This document shows positions 62,801 through 64,000 of a stretch of 64,000 bases of DNA, in pieces. This stretch comes from Mobula birostris (lineage: Eukaryota): contig NC_092371.1 of the NCBI RefSeq assembly GCF_030028105.1, positions 213,402,031 to 213,466,030 on the forward strand. Reading direction: 5' to 3'. Both the position numbers and the translations under genes were made by a program. Numbering within the stretch: position 1 is the stretch's first letter; every line of letters starts with the position of its first letter. The notes beneath the pieces were generated by a model. It saw only the letters and a list, made by a program, of their open reading frames with translations. It was not told the origin of the DNA and searched no databases.

Positions 62801-63325
62801 TGCCTCACCTGCTGAGTGCATCCAGCATTTTATGTGTGTTCCTCTGGTGTGTTATTACACTTGGAGCATTGTACTCATTTCTGGTCACCTCATTATAGAA
62901 AAGATGTGGTAGGGTGCAGAGAAGATTTACCAGGATGCTTCCTGATTAGAGAGCACGTTTAATGAGTGAGCTAAGGCTTCACGCTTTGGAGGGAAGGAGA
63001 ATAGAAGGTGACTTGATTAAGGTTTATAAGATGATACAAGGCGTAAATAGAGTGGGCAGCCAGAGAGTTTTTTTCCCTTTGGAAATTGGAAATGGCTAAT
63101 ATGAGGGGTAATTTTAAGATGACTGGGGGAAAGAATGTCAGAGGTAGCTTTTTTTTTACACGGAGTGGTGGGTGCATAGCATGCTGCCAAGGGTGGTGGT
63201 AGATGCAGATACATTATGGATATTTAAGAGATTCAGTTGGGCACATCGTTGATAGAAAAATTAAATACTGTGTAGGAGGGAAGGATTAGATTAATTGATC
63301 GTAGAGTAGGTTAAAAGGTTAGCCA
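59810..63325 (+). mobile_element. Near full-length but heavily decayed CR1 LINE (ORF1 esterase, APE, RT, 3' UTR)
   Basis: VVVHIDTN..GVVISGLLPVP (ORF1); WVEVRNRKGAITLLGV and MGDFNFP (APE); NYRPVSLT; LQRDIDRMQNW; many stops. Confidence 0.9.
62555..62845 (+). mobile_element. Penelope 3' fragment/pLTR nested in CR1
   Basis: Pyrimidine-rich UTR, then cagtcccgatgaagggtctctgtccaaaatgtcgact (decayed hammerhead) and the pLTR body. Confidence 0.8.
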
Positions 63326-63328
63326 AAT

Positions 63329-63504
63329 CAGGGGTTCCCAACCTAGGGTCGATGGACCCTTCGGTTAATGGTAAGGCTCCATGGCATTAAAAAATTTGGG
63401 AACCGCCCAAAGGATCACTTTAACTCAGGGGTTCCCAACTTTTTTTATGCCGTGAACCAACACTGTTAAGCAAGGGGTCTGTGGACCCAGGTTGGAAACC
63501 CCAG
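63329..63504. mobile_element. Two adjacent ~80-bp hAT/Charlie MITEs in opposite orientation (about 63329-63407 and 63426-63504)
   Basis: Both start caggggttcccaac; bodies match 21383-21462. Confidence 0.75.
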
Positions 63505-63544
63505 TTTAACTCTACTTTTAATGGAATCATGGCATTATATTATA

Positions 63545-64000
63545 TTAGATTAGATTATGAGGACACACAGTCCTCTTTTATTGTCATTTAGTAATGCATG
63601 CATTAAGAAATGATACAATGTTTTTCCAGAATGATATCACGAAAACACATGACAAACCGACTTAAAAACTAACAAAAACCACATAATTATAACATATAGT
63701 TACAACAGTGCAAAGCAATACCATAATTTGATAAGAACAGACCATGGCACGGTAAAGTCTCAAAGTCTCTCGAAAGTCCCATCATCTCACGCAGACGGTA
63801 AACCTCCAGCGCCACCAACTTGCCGATGTAGCATCCTGGAAGCATCCGACCACAGTCCGACTCCGAGTCCATCCGAGAACTCCGAGCCTCCGACCAGCTC
63901 TCCGACACCGAGCACCATCTCTGCCGAGCGCTTCGACCCCGGCCCCGACAACAGGCGATACGCAAAGCCGAGGATTTGGGGCCTTGCCCTCCGGAGATTC
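63545..64000 (-). mobile_element. LINE-tailed repeat (3' end), truncated by the window edge
   Basis: attagattagatt terminal microrepeat; CpG-rich body suggests a young copy. Confidence 0.55.

Noticed and set aside
1070-63965. Remaining short six-frame ORFs (60-160 aa)
   Set aside because: They are TE fragments, antisense shadows of TEs, or chance ORFs without splice or domain support.
36030-64000. msra terminal exon
   Set aside because: No YAE.YHQQYL-type coding stretch found; probably downstream of the window.

Overview
Eukaryotic, repeat-dense genomic DNA. The repeat set (HE1/V-SINEs, CR1, Rex1/Babar, Penelope) points to a cartilaginous fish, probably a ray (inference). The window lies inside the methionine sulfoxide reductase A gene (msra) on the + strand. 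Only two coding exons are present: 31025-31129 (105 nt) and 35923-36029 (107 nt), equivalent to vertebrate exons 4 and 5. I did not find exon 3 (catalytic GCFWG) or the last exon. The rest is intron, much of it nested transposable elements: CR1, Rex1/Babar, L1, RTE and Penelope retroelements, SINEs, and Tc1, Tigger/pogo, PIF/Harbinger and hAT-type DNA elements. There is no prokaryote-style system and no CRISPR array. Most notable structures: (i) short Penelope pLTR-only insertions with 13-14 bp target-site duplications (TSDs), hammerhead-ribozyme cores and frequent head-to-head palindromes; (ii) a hAT-ended element carrying Tigger sequence; (iii) a 44-bp minisatellite amplified from a LINE RT coding segment; (iv) a 35-bp-stem hairpin in unique intron sequence; (v) two SINEs with the same head but different tails. 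TE boundaries without a quoted TSD or terminal inverted repeat (TIR) are approximate, and family names come from recalled motifs, not database searches.
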